A DNA stretch of 64,000 bases, from contig JAZLDR010000014.1 of NCBI GenBank assembly GCA_045614805.1, positions 18,015 through 82,014 of the forward strand, written 5' to 3'. The first letter of the stretch is position 1, and each line of letters opens with the position of its first letter. Shown here in pieces: positions 49,720 through 60,600 of this stretch. The DNA is from Candidatus Cryptobacteroides sp. GTDB taxonomy: Bacteria; Bacteroidota; Bacteroidia; Bacteroidales; UBA932. Made by a program: the position numbers and the translations under genes. The notes under the pieces are model-generated. The model was given only the letters and a program-made list of their open reading frames with translations, was not told the DNA's origin and ran no database searches.

Positions 49720-51960
49720 ATGAGATATATTTTCAGCATATTGGCAACAATGGTTATGCTGTTGTCTTCCTGTGAAAGAGGACCCGTTGAGATTCCTCTT
49801 ATTGAACTCGGAGCGAAAGCAACAGATATCGTCCTTGAACCAGAGGGCGGCTGCTATCAGTTAAAGATTTTTGCAAATGGTCACTTTACTGCAACAATTA
49901 CAAGTGGTGCAGATTGGATTTCTTTTCCGGAAGGGTATACCTATCACGGCAATTCAGATTGTGAAGTAGAACTTTCTTTTACCAGCAACAAGAGCCTTTT
50001 AAGGACAGCCCAAATAATTCTGGAAAGAGAGCATAAGAAGGTTGAGATAAATTTAAGCCAGAAAGGACTTTTTGATATCAATTTAGAATTCAAGGGTAAC
50101 AATATCCTATGTGATAATGTTGGTGGCGAGAATTCTGCAAAGCTTTTGACTGTCCTTCCATTAGATAAATTAAATATTGAAGTGGAATATGCAGAAGGGT
50201 CTTCTGATTGGATATACAATCTACGCAAAGAGAACAATTTTCTGTTGTTTACGACTACAGATAATCCGGAGAACTTGCGTCAGGCTGTCATAAAGGTGTC
50301 TTCAGTCGAGGATGCTTCTATTTGTGACGAACTGAAAGTGTGCCAAAAAGGATCAGAAAGCATGCAGACAGTAACACATGCAGACATTAAAACGATGCTT
50401 TCTGAAAGCGGAACGACCATCATTGAAGAAGATCTGATACTTGAAGGAATCGTAATAAACGATAATCTTCAGGGTAATGGAGCAGCTAATTTGAATGTTT
50501 CGGGTTCAATACAGGATATGACATTGGCAGATAGGACATTGTATGTACAAGCGGAGGATGCAAGTTCCGGTATCTGTGTTATCCTTAGTAGCAAGGATGA
50601 AAATAACACACATAGATATGACAATGTGAAGATATATCTCAAAGGTGCCGAATTGACTCGAAAAGATAATCCTGTAAGATATATTGTAAAAACAGCTGAG
50701 ACAGGTCTAATCTCATCTGTCTCTGGTAGTGCTTATGATGCGCAACCTAAGATCAAGACCATCAGCGCGCTGATTCCCGAGGATATATATACCTTGGTAA
50801 CTATTCAGGATTGTGAAATACCATTCCGCAAAGGTCCATTTGTGCCTATAGACTTAAGACATAGAGATGTAATCAATAGATATCCTATGCCGATACGTGA
50901 TAGGCAGGGTGCATCAATGTATATGATGACAAATGTCGGAGCAGCGTGGGAGCGAGATGGCAAGGGTATGCCTCAAGGATCTGGCAATATTACAGGAGTG
51001 CTCGTATCTGAAACATGTGACAACTTCTCTTGGAACAATGAAATTGCATCTGAAAGATTAGAAAATGGTGTAAACATAGGATACATATCAGATATCGGTC
51101 ATATCTCAGATTATCAGATTCGCCCTATTACAAAGGAAGATATTGCCTTAGAAGAGAAGTTTGAGAATGGCTTCTCTGAAATGATAATGGAGATACTCTA
51201 CACAAATAAGAGTCACTCAGAAATCATTATCAATACATCTGGTAATATCATATATCCGACTTACCCGCTTTCTCAAAATCCATTGGATGACCCGAAGATC
51301 AAGAGTTCATTCCGGGTTATGGGTCCTACCACAGGTATCGCAGAATTTAGAGATTGGACACACCTGGGACCACTTGAAAATGGTGTAATAACAGATAAGA
51401 CTACAGGAAACGGGGCATATGACGCTAACGGAACATCGTGCCATTGGCTTATCGAAAATAACCAGTTCTCGCTGGCAAGCACAGCCCTTATTTATCAAGA
51501 TAACGGATCTGCCTGGTATGCTTCTGGATGGGGAACAAATAAATATTGGGTGGCAACATTCCCTACAACTGAACTTACGAGCTCAAACTTCCCGATTTCG
51601 GTACAATTTGGAGCTGTAAACGGTCAAGGTGAAGGAGAGGGTGCAAATGGAGTTGGTGCGCCTCGCCATTGGAAAGTCGAGTATTCAACTGACAACGGTG
51701 TCAATTGGATACAAGCCTATGAATATACGGTTCCGGATTTTTCAGTGCTCTACAAAAAGCGAGTATGGCAGTGCCCTGGATTTAAGATGGTTACCTGCAC
51801 TCTGCCACAGGATGTTGAACTTCTTGGCAAGGATAAAGTGATGGTTCGACTAATCCCGGCATCGACAAAAGCGGGAACTATGGATAGCTATGACGGCGGG
51901 TCTGTGAATTCAACCAGCAAGTCAGCTCTTAACTATTTTGCAATAAGATACAATAAATAA
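49720..51960 (+). CDS. BACON-repeat / DUF5689-like surface lipoprotein
   Basis: Lipobox LSSC from the ATG at 49720; two BACON-like units; LEGIVIND, GSGNITGVL and YQIRP. Confidence 0.7.
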   Translation: MRYIFSILATMVMLLSSCERGPVEIPLIELGAKATDIVLEPEGGCYQLKIFANGHFTATITSGADWISFPEGYTYHGNSDCEVELSFTSNKSLLRTAQIILEREHKKVEINLSQKGLFDINLEFKGNNILCDNVGGENSAKLLTVLPLDKLNIEVEYAEGSSDWIYNLRKENNFLLFTTTDNPENLRQAVIKVSSVEDASICDELKVCQKGSESMQTVTHADIKTMLSESGTTIIEEDLILEGIVINDNLQGNGAANLNVSGSIQDMTLADRTLYVQAEDASSGICVILSSKDENNTHRYDNVKIYLKGAELTRKDNPVRYIVKTAETGLISSVSGSAYDAQPKIKTISALIPEDIYTLVTIQDCEIPFRKGPFVPIDLRHRDVINRYPMPIRDRQGASMYMMTNVGAAWERDGKGMPQGSGNITGVLVSETCDNFSWNNEIASERLENGVNIGYISDIGHISDYQIRPITKEDIALEEKFENGFSEMIMEILYTNKSHSEIIINTSGNIIYPTYPLSQNPLDDPKIKSSFRVMGPTTGIAEFRDWTHLGPLENGVITDKTTGNGAYDANGTSCHWLIENNQFSLASTALIYQDNGSAWYASGWGTNKYWVATFPTTELTSSNFPISVQFGAVNGQGEGEGANGVGAPRHWKVEYSTDNGVNWIQAYEYTVPDFSVLYKKRVWQCPGFKMVTCTLPQDVELLGKDKVMVRLIPASTKAGTMDSYDGGSVNSTSKSALNYFAIRYNK

Positions 51961-51975
51961 CAAATTAACTAAATT

Positions 51976-52125
51976 ATGGCTAAAACAAATTATCTATCAC
52001 CTGAAATCAACGTCTTACGATTTGAACAGGAAGGAATTATCTGTGCTTCGGACAGAGTAAATGTTGGAACGGGAGCCTTTTGGGGATTTGAAGAGGCTGA
52101 ATCCGGAGAAGGATTTATTTTATAA
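51976..52125 (+). CDS. 49-aa small protein of the Bacteroidales YxxP...ExxIxxS type (below the ORF-track cutoff)
   Basis: MAKTNYLSPEINVLRFEQEGIICASDRVNVGTGAFWGFEEAESGEGFIL. Fills the gap between operon genes with 15- and 12-bp spacers and has an A-rich upstream sequence. Confidence 0.75.
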   Translation: MAKTNYLSPEINVLRFEQEGIICASDRVNVGTGAFWGFEEAESGEGFIL

Positions 52126-52137
52126 GGAGGAACAGAC

Positions 52138-54204
52138 ATGAAAAGGATTTTTGTATTCGCTTTTGCATCTCTCGCAATTTTTGCATCATGCAGCAAGGCA
52201 GAAATTGATGCTACTGACAATGGTGGTCAGACTGATATTAATGTCACATTGACTGATGGCCAGATTCTCTGTGCGATTCCTCCTCAGACAAAGACAGCGC
52301 TTGATGGCGACCTTAATGTGATTTGGACTGACAAGGATGAAATCATGGTCCTTGGAGAAGGTAACCAGGTTGCTAAGTACGCTTTCTCTTCATTTGCCAC
52401 AGATGATAAGAAAGCAGCGGTTTTCGAGAATGTGGATCCTAAGGTTGTTGGTACTCGCACCGCTATCTACCCGGCATCTGCGTATGTAGCAGATTCTTAC
52501 AATGGAGAAACTGCGAAGATTAACCTTGGTGGTGTAGAAAAACTCTCTATGCCTGTAGGAGCCGTTGCGTCAGTTCTTTCTTCATCCACTGGTGTTTCTG
52601 CCCTTCCTTTGGTGTCTACTCCATCAGATGAGACACTCTCATTCGATAACCTTTTTGGAGGTATCATGTTCCGTCCTTACGACTATATGGGTATGGGAGT
52701 GAAGATATCAAAGCTTTCTGTTGCTTCTACCGACGGAAAAGCGATAGGTGGTGTGGCGACAATTAATGTTGAGACAGGCGAAGTAACCTCTTTTGAAGGA
52801 ACAGAGACTGAATTGACATATACTTGCTCAGCAACTGATATTACCTCTAAGAAAGGCTTCGTAGCATATCTTCCAGCAGGTAATTATCCTGGACTTGTAA
52901 TTACAGCTATTGACAACATGGGACGAAAATTCCCAGTAACAACTCAGCCGATTACCATTAATGCAGGAGTGGTAAAGAAGCTTCCAGAGCTTCCACTCAC
53001 AATATGGTATGGAACAACAAACTGTTATGTTGTCGCTCCTGGTGCAACATCAGTCGAGATTGATGCAACTCCATACTACTCTTGGAGAAGCGATTATGAT
53101 GTAACAAAGGGTAATAAAATCCTAGTTGAAAACGGAAATATGTCTGGACTTGGCGGAGGAGCTACAGTACTCTGGCAGCAGGAAGAAGGCAGTATACTTA
53201 CAAACCTTACTGGAACTAATACCAACGAAGGTCCAATCATTAACGGTGATATTAAAGTTGATCGCCAGTTGACAGACCACAAAATAACAATTGTTACTGT
53301 ACCACTTACAGGAAAGAAAGGTAATGCTGTAATTGCGCTTCGTTCAGTATTGGAAGGTACTCCTATTGTGTGGTCATTCCATATCTGGGTAAGTGAGGTA
53401 AATGATATTGCTTGCAGTACAACAAAGGGATCTTATTCTATCCTTGATAGAAATATAGGTGCTACAAACTGCGTGGGTAAAGATCAGGATGCAAGCGGAT
53501 ACCCGAATAGTTTCGGTCTATTCTACCAGTGGGGAAGAAAAGATCCATTCCCTCACTGTTTAAGTACAGACTTAGGAAGTGTATCCAATACATATCACTA
53601 TAAGAGCAATTTGCTTAATGCAGCAAGAAGACAGGATATTACCAACAACATCGCGTATACCATTCAGAATCCTGATACTCGAATTACTGAATCCGGTAAA
53701 GATCGTTTGAACTGGTTACAAAGTGTAAATAACGCACTCTGGGGATATGGAACAGCTTGTGGTGGTTCTACTGCTGCGTACGCTGTCAATCTAAGCTCAA
53801 CTGTCAAGACTGTTTATGACCCATGTCCTCAGGGGTATAGGGTGCCACCTGCCGGCTATTTGCACTATATTGGTACAGTCTCAGGAAATGCTACTGGAAA
53901 TTCAGTCAACACAAATTTCGGTATATATCTGAAGACAGGTAGTGGTGATAATAAAACCTTTATCCCTCAATGTGGTGTCCTTAGATCGAGAGGCTTTGTC
54001 GGACCTGTAAGCGAATCAGAATACTCTCTCAGTTACCCTAAACATAGAGGTTATGTTTGGAGTTCAACACCTCGAAATACCGATCAGGGATGCTATCTGT
54101 TCTGGTTCAATAACTCAGCAATCAATAAGAACACTACAGAATATCTGAATGGCTTTTGCGAGACCACAGCTCAAGCTATCCCAGTACGTTGTATAAAAGA
54201 ATAA
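52138..54204 (+). CDS. Fimbrillin-like lipoprotein with C-terminal Fibrobacter-major-domain/CLec-like module
   Basis: Lipobox FASC; TKT...WTDKDEIMV, WSFHIW, LDRNIGA, YQWGRKDPF, DPCPQGYRVP, YVWSS and VRCIKE. Confidence 0.75.
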   Translation: MKRIFVFAFASLAIFASCSKAEIDATDNGGQTDINVTLTDGQILCAIPPQTKTALDGDLNVIWTDKDEIMVLGEGNQVAKYAFSSFATDDKKAAVFENVDPKVVGTRTAIYPASAYVADSYNGETAKINLGGVEKLSMPVGAVASVLSSSTGVSALPLVSTPSDETLSFDNLFGGIMFRPYDYMGMGVKISKLSVASTDGKAIGGVATINVETGEVTSFEGTETELTYTCSATDITSKKGFVAYLPAGNYPGLVITAIDNMGRKFPVTTQPITINAGVVKKLPELPLTIWYGTTNCYVVAPGATSVEIDATPYYSWRSDYDVTKGNKILVENGNMSGLGGGATVLWQQEEGSILTNLTGTNTNEGPIINGDIKVDRQLTDHKITIVTVPLTGKKGNAVIALRSVLEGTPIVWSFHIWVSEVNDIACSTTKGSYSILDRNIGATNCVGKDQDASGYPNSFGLFYQWGRKDPFPHCLSTDLGSVSNTYHYKSNLLNAARRQDITNNIAYTIQNPDTRITESGKDRLNWLQSVNNALWGYGTACGGSTAAYAVNLSSTVKTVYDPCPQGYRVPPAGYLHYIGTVSGNATGNSVNTNFGIYLKTGSGDNKTFIPQCGVLRSRGFVGPVSESEYSLSYPKHRGYVWSSTPRNTDQGCYLFWFNNSAINKNTTEYLNGFCETTAQAIPVRCIKE

Positions 54205-54212
54205 CGGCATAA

Positions 54213-55946
54213 ATGAGATTCATTACAATTATATCAGTATTCCTGTTCTCAATGAGCATTGCAGCAGCACAACCAGTGCTGCTGCATACTCATGAGGATA
54301 TGGTTGAGTTCTATCCTCAGCTCAACTCCCATGTTGGCGAAGAATACCTGAGCTCACTCGAAGATATTTATAGTTATAGAAACAAGGTTGAGTCTGCAAC
54401 GCTTCTCGATCCGAAACATGTTCCGTCAGAACAGCGCGCGCCTCATTATCCGCGTATAAAGCACATGCGTGATGGCAGATGGATTATGGTATATCAGGGA
54501 GGAGAGAATTCTTCGAGGATTTATGCGGTTTTCAGCAATGATCTGAAGAAGTGGTATGGCAAACAGCAGCTATGGGGGCCAGAACAGGTCAATATCGGAG
54601 GTAAGACTCAGCATAAGAGATATTCTTGTGCTGATATTCTTCAGTTAAAGACCGGTGAACTGGTGTGTCTGGCTGCCTTCAGATGTGATCAGGCATCTTA
54701 TGAGGGCAAAGGTAGCGGAATTGTAATGAAAAGGAGTAGGGACTGTGGCGAACATTGGGCTAAATCAGAAGTTATCTACAATCAACCCTGTGCGCAGCCC
54801 AATGCAATAGAACTCCCTGACGGACGTCTCCAATGTTATTTCAGTGACTGGAGACCAAAGGCAGACAGTTACAGCGTAGCAATGATTGAATCATTTGACG
54901 GCGGATATACTTGGGGTGCCAAGACAATAATAGCACGACAGTTTAAATTCTTTAAGGACGGTTATCGTTCATATACGGATATGCTGCCTTGCTTCAGACT
55001 CTTGAATGATGGAAAGACTGTCTTCGGCACAGTGGAAGACCGCCTTCAGCCTGACGGGCCAGGAACGAGAAGTGTCTATAATATCTCAATCATGAAAAAT
55101 AATGGTTTAAGATGGGAGCCAGTTGTCGGAGAAGAAGATGGACCGGCTGTAGGAAGACAGAGTAATGTCTTCTTAGGCAGAGGAGCATATTTTGATACAT
55201 TCATAACTGGTGAGACATTGTTTTCGGCTGTGAGGGAAGGCTACTTAGGTATTAAACTGGGAGATGTGACGGCCGAAAAGTTCCAAGGAAAGGGCTGGGA
55301 ATCAGGATGGTTTACCCCATTCAAGGAAAGTGGCACCTGGGGATGCGCAGAAGTAACGGACAGAAACAGAATCGTGTATTCGCAGGACTCAAAATCTGCT
55401 ATACATTATGGAGTTGCGTGGCTGAATCATAGAATTTTTGCACGCAAGTCAGATATCATAGTTGACGGAAACTCAAATGAGTGGCATCTCAGTGACGCTC
55501 TGTTTATAGGCTCGGATTCTGATGTTCAGGCTGTATTCCGTGCGGCATACGATGACAAAAACATATACATTGCAATCGACCGTAAGGATTCTGGTGTGAC
55601 TCCAGCTTCAAAGGTGTCAATTGTTCTGCACAACGAAGGTGCCAAGAAATTTTCTGCTAGAAATACTGTCAGCTTAGTTATAGGTCCAGAAGGATTAGAG
55701 AGTTCCAGTGATTGGAGCAAGTCTGGTTCAGCAGCAGGTGTGCATGCTGTCACTACTAAGGCTAAAACAAGAAACGGAGAGCGTGGATATGTGTGTGAAA
55801 TATGTATACCAATTTCCAGCCTTGGAGTATCATCTGGTGATAATATAAGATTCTATGCCGTGGTAGAGGGTAATGGACTCTCGGACGGTTTTACCAATGT
55901 TCAAGCTAAAAAGACCCAAACATGGCAAAGAATAAAATTGCAATAA
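54213..55946 (+). CDS. Asp-box beta-propeller protein (sialidase/GH93-like) with CBM9-like C-terminus
   Basis: SPI signal ending AQ; HYPR; Asp boxes SRDCGEHW and SFDGGYTW; C-terminal IVDG...EW, AAYDDKNIYI and EICIP. Confidence 0.7.
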   Translation: MRFITIISVFLFSMSIAAAQPVLLHTHEDMVEFYPQLNSHVGEEYLSSLEDIYSYRNKVESATLLDPKHVPSEQRAPHYPRIKHMRDGRWIMVYQGGENSSRIYAVFSNDLKKWYGKQQLWGPEQVNIGGKTQHKRYSCADILQLKTGELVCLAAFRCDQASYEGKGSGIVMKRSRDCGEHWAKSEVIYNQPCAQPNAIELPDGRLQCYFSDWRPKADSYSVAMIESFDGGYTWGAKTIIARQFKFFKDGYRSYTDMLPCFRLLNDGKTVFGTVEDRLQPDGPGTRSVYNISIMKNNGLRWEPVVGEEDGPAVGRQSNVFLGRGAYFDTFITGETLFSAVREGYLGIKLGDVTAEKFQGKGWESGWFTPFKESGTWGCAEVTDRNRIVYSQDSKSAIHYGVAWLNHRIFARKSDIIVDGNSNEWHLSDALFIGSDSDVQAVFRAAYDDKNIYIAIDRKDSGVTPASKVSIVLHNEGAKKFSARNTVSLVIGPEGLESSSDWSKSGSAAGVHAVTTKAKTRNGERGYVCEICIPISSLGVSSGDNIRFYAVVEGNGLSDGFTNVQAKKTQTWQRIKLQ

Positions 55947-57631
55947 TATTGATAGCTGTCTTCGTTGGACTGACCCTTAACGCGCAGACAAGGTTGCACA
56001 GTATCTTTGAAATGAACACCTTGCCTGCTGTAGTAAACTCACATGCAGGAGAAGAAATGTGGAGCAGACTTCAACCTGTTCATGGGTATACCCAGCTTAT
56101 ATCAAACACGTTTCTTTTAGGTGCTATGGCGGATTTTGATGCTAAGAAACATGTATGCAGCTATCCTCGTATCAAGAAGATGTCCAATGGAGAATATATA
56201 CTGTTCTATATGCCGACATCTCATGGAACCAGTATTTTCTATACTATCAGTAAGGATTTAAAGAATTGGGCAGACCCAATCCTTCTATTAGAAAATTACC
56301 AGACCAATATAGCAGGTAAGGATGTACTCATCAGATATGTTAATATGGATGCCGCAGTCCTTCCTAATGGTGATCTGCTGGGAGTATGTCAATTCTGGTG
56401 TACCGAGCATTACAAGGCAGAACTCGGAACAGGTCTGGTTACTCTTCGCAGCCAGGACAACGGAAAGACCTGGTCTACACCACAGGTAATTTATGAGGGT
56501 TCAAACTGGGAGCCTTACCTTCTTGTTTTGCCTGACGGCAGGATTCATTGTTACTTTACCGATTCTACTCCCGAAACATGGAATTCTGGTACATCTGTTA
56601 TGGTTTCAGAAGACAATGGATATACTTGGAGTACAAAGAAGCGTGTCTGCAGAAATTACAAGTATGAATACGATAAGGAAACAACGAAGGAAAAGAGTAT
56701 ATATACAGACCAGATGCCTTCTTTCAGAGTCCTGAATGATGGCAAAACCCTTGTCGGATTCCTTGAGGGGCGCCTCGCAACACCACTTAATAATAGTGGT
56801 AAAATGTATCATAGGATGTCTGTTGTTTATAACGATGGCTTTGAATGGAAAGATCTTGGGGAAGATAGTGAAGGTCCGGAGCATAGACTTACATATGTAA
56901 TAGGTGGCGGTGCAGGATATGTTGAGACATTTCCATCCGGAGAGGTTGCGCTTGCATGTGGCCGTAACTATGGAGGTTGGTCAATAAAACTTGTTGACCA
57001 TAATGGTGGAAGATATGCCAATATCAATTGGTTAGAAGGATGGTTCTCTCCATTTAATGGTCGAGGAGGATGGGGAGCTCTTGAGTGCATCAATGATAAT
57101 ATGATTCTCGGCACTGCCGGTGAAGGTAAAGGCGGTATTCACTTAGGTCTTATGTACCTTAACAATAGGATCACAGCAAAGTCTTCTACAGTGCATGTTG
57201 ATGGCGATACCAGTGAATGGACATCCGATGACGCTCTCTATATTGGAGCGAAAGACGGCTGTGAGACTGTTTTTAGAGCATCGCGAGATGAAAAAAACCT
57301 CTATCTTCTGTCAGAGACTATCAGTCCCTCACATCAGGCCGCATTCTATGAAATATGTCTTTGCAATACAGGAAGTTCAAAGATTCAGACAATTAGTATT
57401 AATGCATCAGGAGCAATCTCAAGTACATCTTCGCAAATCAATGTAAAGACCTGTTCAGGTAAAAGCGAGGATGATATTAGTGGATTTGCTGCAGAGATTT
57501 CAATTCCGTTATCTCTGCTTGAAGCTGAAGTCGGAGACTACATAAGAATATATGTAGAGACCGAAGGTGAAACATTTACCGATTCATCTCGTGAAGATAC
57601 AGATTCTTGGCAAAGAATACGACTTGAATAA
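55922..57631 (+). CDS. Asp-box beta-propeller glycoside hydrolase (sialidase/GH93-like) with CBM9-like C-terminus
   Basis: Paralogue of the previous gene; SYPR, SQDNGKTW, WEPYLL, SEDNGYTW and YTDQMP. Confidence 0.75.
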   Translation: MAKNKIAIILIAVFVGLTLNAQTRLHSIFEMNTLPAVVNSHAGEEMWSRLQPVHGYTQLISNTFLLGAMADFDAKKHVCSYPRIKKMSNGEYILFYMPTSHGTSIFYTISKDLKNWADPILLLENYQTNIAGKDVLIRYVNMDAAVLPNGDLLGVCQFWCTEHYKAELGTGLVTLRSQDNGKTWSTPQVIYEGSNWEPYLLVLPDGRIHCYFTDSTPETWNSGTSVMVSEDNGYTWSTKKRVCRNYKYEYDKETTKEKSIYTDQMPSFRVLNDGKTLVGFLEGRLATPLNNSGKMYHRMSVVYNDGFEWKDLGEDSEGPEHRLTYVIGGGAGYVETFPSGEVALACGRNYGGWSIKLVDHNGGRYANINWLEGWFSPFNGRGGWGALECINDNMILGTAGEGKGGIHLGLMYLNNRITAKSSTVHVDGDTSEWTSDDALYIGAKDGCETVFRASRDEKNLYLLSETISPSHQAAFYEICLCNTGSSKIQTISINASGAISSTSSQINVKTCSGKSEDDISGFAAEISIPLSLLEAEVGDYIRIYVETEGETFTDSSREDTDSWQRIRLE

Positions 57632-60600
57632 TGACAATGACGATGAAAAAACTATTTACGTTCCTATTCCTATTGGTCACATTCTCGGCCTGTAATAAGT
57701 TTGAAGAAAAGGATTCTGATAATGGCATAGGAAGTCTTGATAATATAAATCTCGAAAGTAATCAGATTCTTTGTGGAACACCTTCGACAAAGACATCATT
57801 AGACGCTTCCTTAAATGTAGTGTGGAATAATGATGACAAAATAAGGGTGTTTGGCGGAGGAAATACGGCTATATATAGTTTCCAGTCATACCCACTTGAG
57901 AATGAACAGCGTGTGGCTATTTTTGAGTGTAGTGATGCGGAGAGTATTCAAGGAGAGAGGTCTGCCATATATCCTGCATCAGCTTATGTGGAGAATTCCT
58001 ATGACGGGGATACATTTCAGATTTATCTTGGCGGAGTGACAGCTGTAAGTGGTGGAAATGAAAGCATTTCTCAGGATACCGATGTTTCCGTGTTACCTTT
58101 GGTAGCAATCCCATCAAACGGTACATTGTCCTTTGATAATCTATTTGGAGGTGTCTCCTTCAGCCCGTATGACTATATGGGTACAGGATTAAAGATTAAC
58201 AGGATAAGTGTAAGTTCCAATGATGGAAGAGCAATTGCTGGCACAGCAAAAGTTAATATAGCAACTGGAGCGATAGATTCATTTGTAGGAAGTGAAACGG
58301 TTCTTACATATTCTTTCCCAGCAACAGATATTTCCAAGTCTGGCAAAAGTTTTACAGCATATCTACCTGCAGGAGAATACCCCCAAGGTCTTACTATTAC
58401 TATTCTGGATAATCTGAATCGAAAGTTCCCGATCTCGACAGGGGCCATTACCATAAGCCCTGGAAAGATCAAGAGTATGCCGGAGGTTCCACTAAGCATT
58501 TATTACGGTAATGCCAATAGCATCCGTGTTGAACCCGGAACTACATCCGTCAACATTGATGTTACTCCTAGATATACTTACAGAAATGACTATGATGTAA
58601 CAGATGGTAAGCCTATCAGGGTTGAAAATGGAAATTTAAGTCATTATGGCGGTACAGCAAAAGTAGTATGGCAACAAGAAGAAAATAGTCCGGAAGCAGA
58701 TCTTACGGCTTCATCAACAAGTGGAACAATAGTATCGGATGAACCGGTAGTGACATTTAATGATGCCCATGGTATAGCTACACTGACCGTTCCACTTACC
58801 GGTAATACGGGAAATGCTGTCGTCTCTATCTGCTACGGCAGCACAGTGGCCTGGTCATATCACATTTGGGTAAGCGACTATAATGATGTTTCTGTCGGAG
58901 GAAGGATATTCCTTGATAGAAATCTTGGAGCGACTTCCATTACTCCTGGGGATCGGGATGCATATGGCCTTTGCTACCAATGGGGACGTAAAGATCCATT
59001 TCCTCGCATTCTGACAGATGTAGACACAGATGTAAGCAGCTACAAGTCGCATGGTGATCTGCTCAAGACAGTAAACAAATCCACAGGCGGCACGATAGCC
59101 TACACCATCAAGAATCCTGATACGCGCATCACCTCAAGTAAGGCGATAACATGTCAGAATGGAGACCATTGGTTTGCATCTGGAAAGAATACTGGCTTAT
59201 GGGGATGCAAGCAGTCTTATAGTAGTTCATCTGATGCCAAGACAAAGGGCACAAGCATAAAAACAATCTATGACCCATGTCCAAAAGGGTATAAAGTGCC
59301 TACTTATGGTGATCTTGCAACTTGTGCAACAGGAACTATAAGTACTGCTGTCAAAGGAAAAACCATAGATGGGAATTATTTCCCATATGGTGGATTTATC
59401 AGGCTTGAAGAGTCGTATCTGACTACAGGAAAAACTGGCTGGATGACAGATACTAGAGGTTACCTATGGTCTTCGGTCTGCAGAAACGGAGGTAGTAATG
59501 AACAGGGTGCATATATATTAAAATATAACAAGGATAAAGTTATCGACAATAATAACGGAAGCGCGACCGATGCTAATGGAACAGGTCGAGGCGACCAGAT
59601 TTTTGGTTTCATGTGCGACGCGTATCCAATAAGGTGTATTAAAGAGACAACCTCTGGTGCGGGCTCTGATAGTGGAGTGACACAGCCACCAGTTCTTGAG
59701 GAGGGTGAGGTTCTTTTGAATACGGTATTTGAAATGAACACTGAAGCCACTACGATTAACTCGCATTCGGGAGTTGAAAAGTCAAGTGCTCTCCAGCCGA
59801 TGTACAATAATATTTTCAAACTTCCAAATACTACTCTTACTGCAGGAGTGCCAAGTGAACAGCAGAAAGCCCATTACCCAAGATTGAAGAGACGAAAGGA
59901 TGGAGGATTAATTCTCTTCTATCAGGGAGGAACGCAGTCTTCAAGAATCTTCACTATGAATGCAGCTAACTTCAATGCTCTCCAGTTAGCGACCCCCAAA
60001 ATAATTCTGACTCCATACAAGGATAATGACCTTACGGCAAAATATACTGCTGTAACAGGGAAAAATGCAACTGTATACCAGAGATATATGAATATGGATG
60101 CTGTGGTTATGCCTGATGGAGAAATTGTAGCGGTAGCTCAGCATCATGCTTGGGACTATCGTGAGGTCGGGTATTATCAGGATGAGGGTACTGCTCTGGT
60201 TCTGATGCGCTCTTCTGATGGAGGAAATACTTGGAGTACTCCGAAGGAGATTTATAACGGCACTTCCTGGGAACCATATCTGCTCCTTTTACCTAATGGT
60301 ACACTGCATCTGTATTTCACGGATTCCAATCCGTTCTTGTATAGTTCTCAGACATCATTGATGACATCTGTTGATAAAGGCTTGTCGTGGTCGGAAAAGA
60401 AGATTGTGGCAAGACAGTATAAATACCCTTACGATGGATCAAATGCTGAATATTATGGCCAGAATGTCTATACGGACCAGATGCCATGCTTTAGGCTATT
60501 AAATGACGGGAAAACAATTGCAGGTTTTCTTGAAGGAAGACATGAGAAAGAGAATAGCTTAGCAGGTTCATACACAAGTTACCATAAGATGTCTCTGGTT

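Noticed and set aside
53380-59646. Diversity-generating retroelement targeting the CLec-like C-termini (YVWSS...RCIKE)
   Set aside because: No reverse transcriptase and no template repeat differing only at adenines was seen. The two paralogous regions are broadly diverged. A remote RT/TR outside the window is not excluded.
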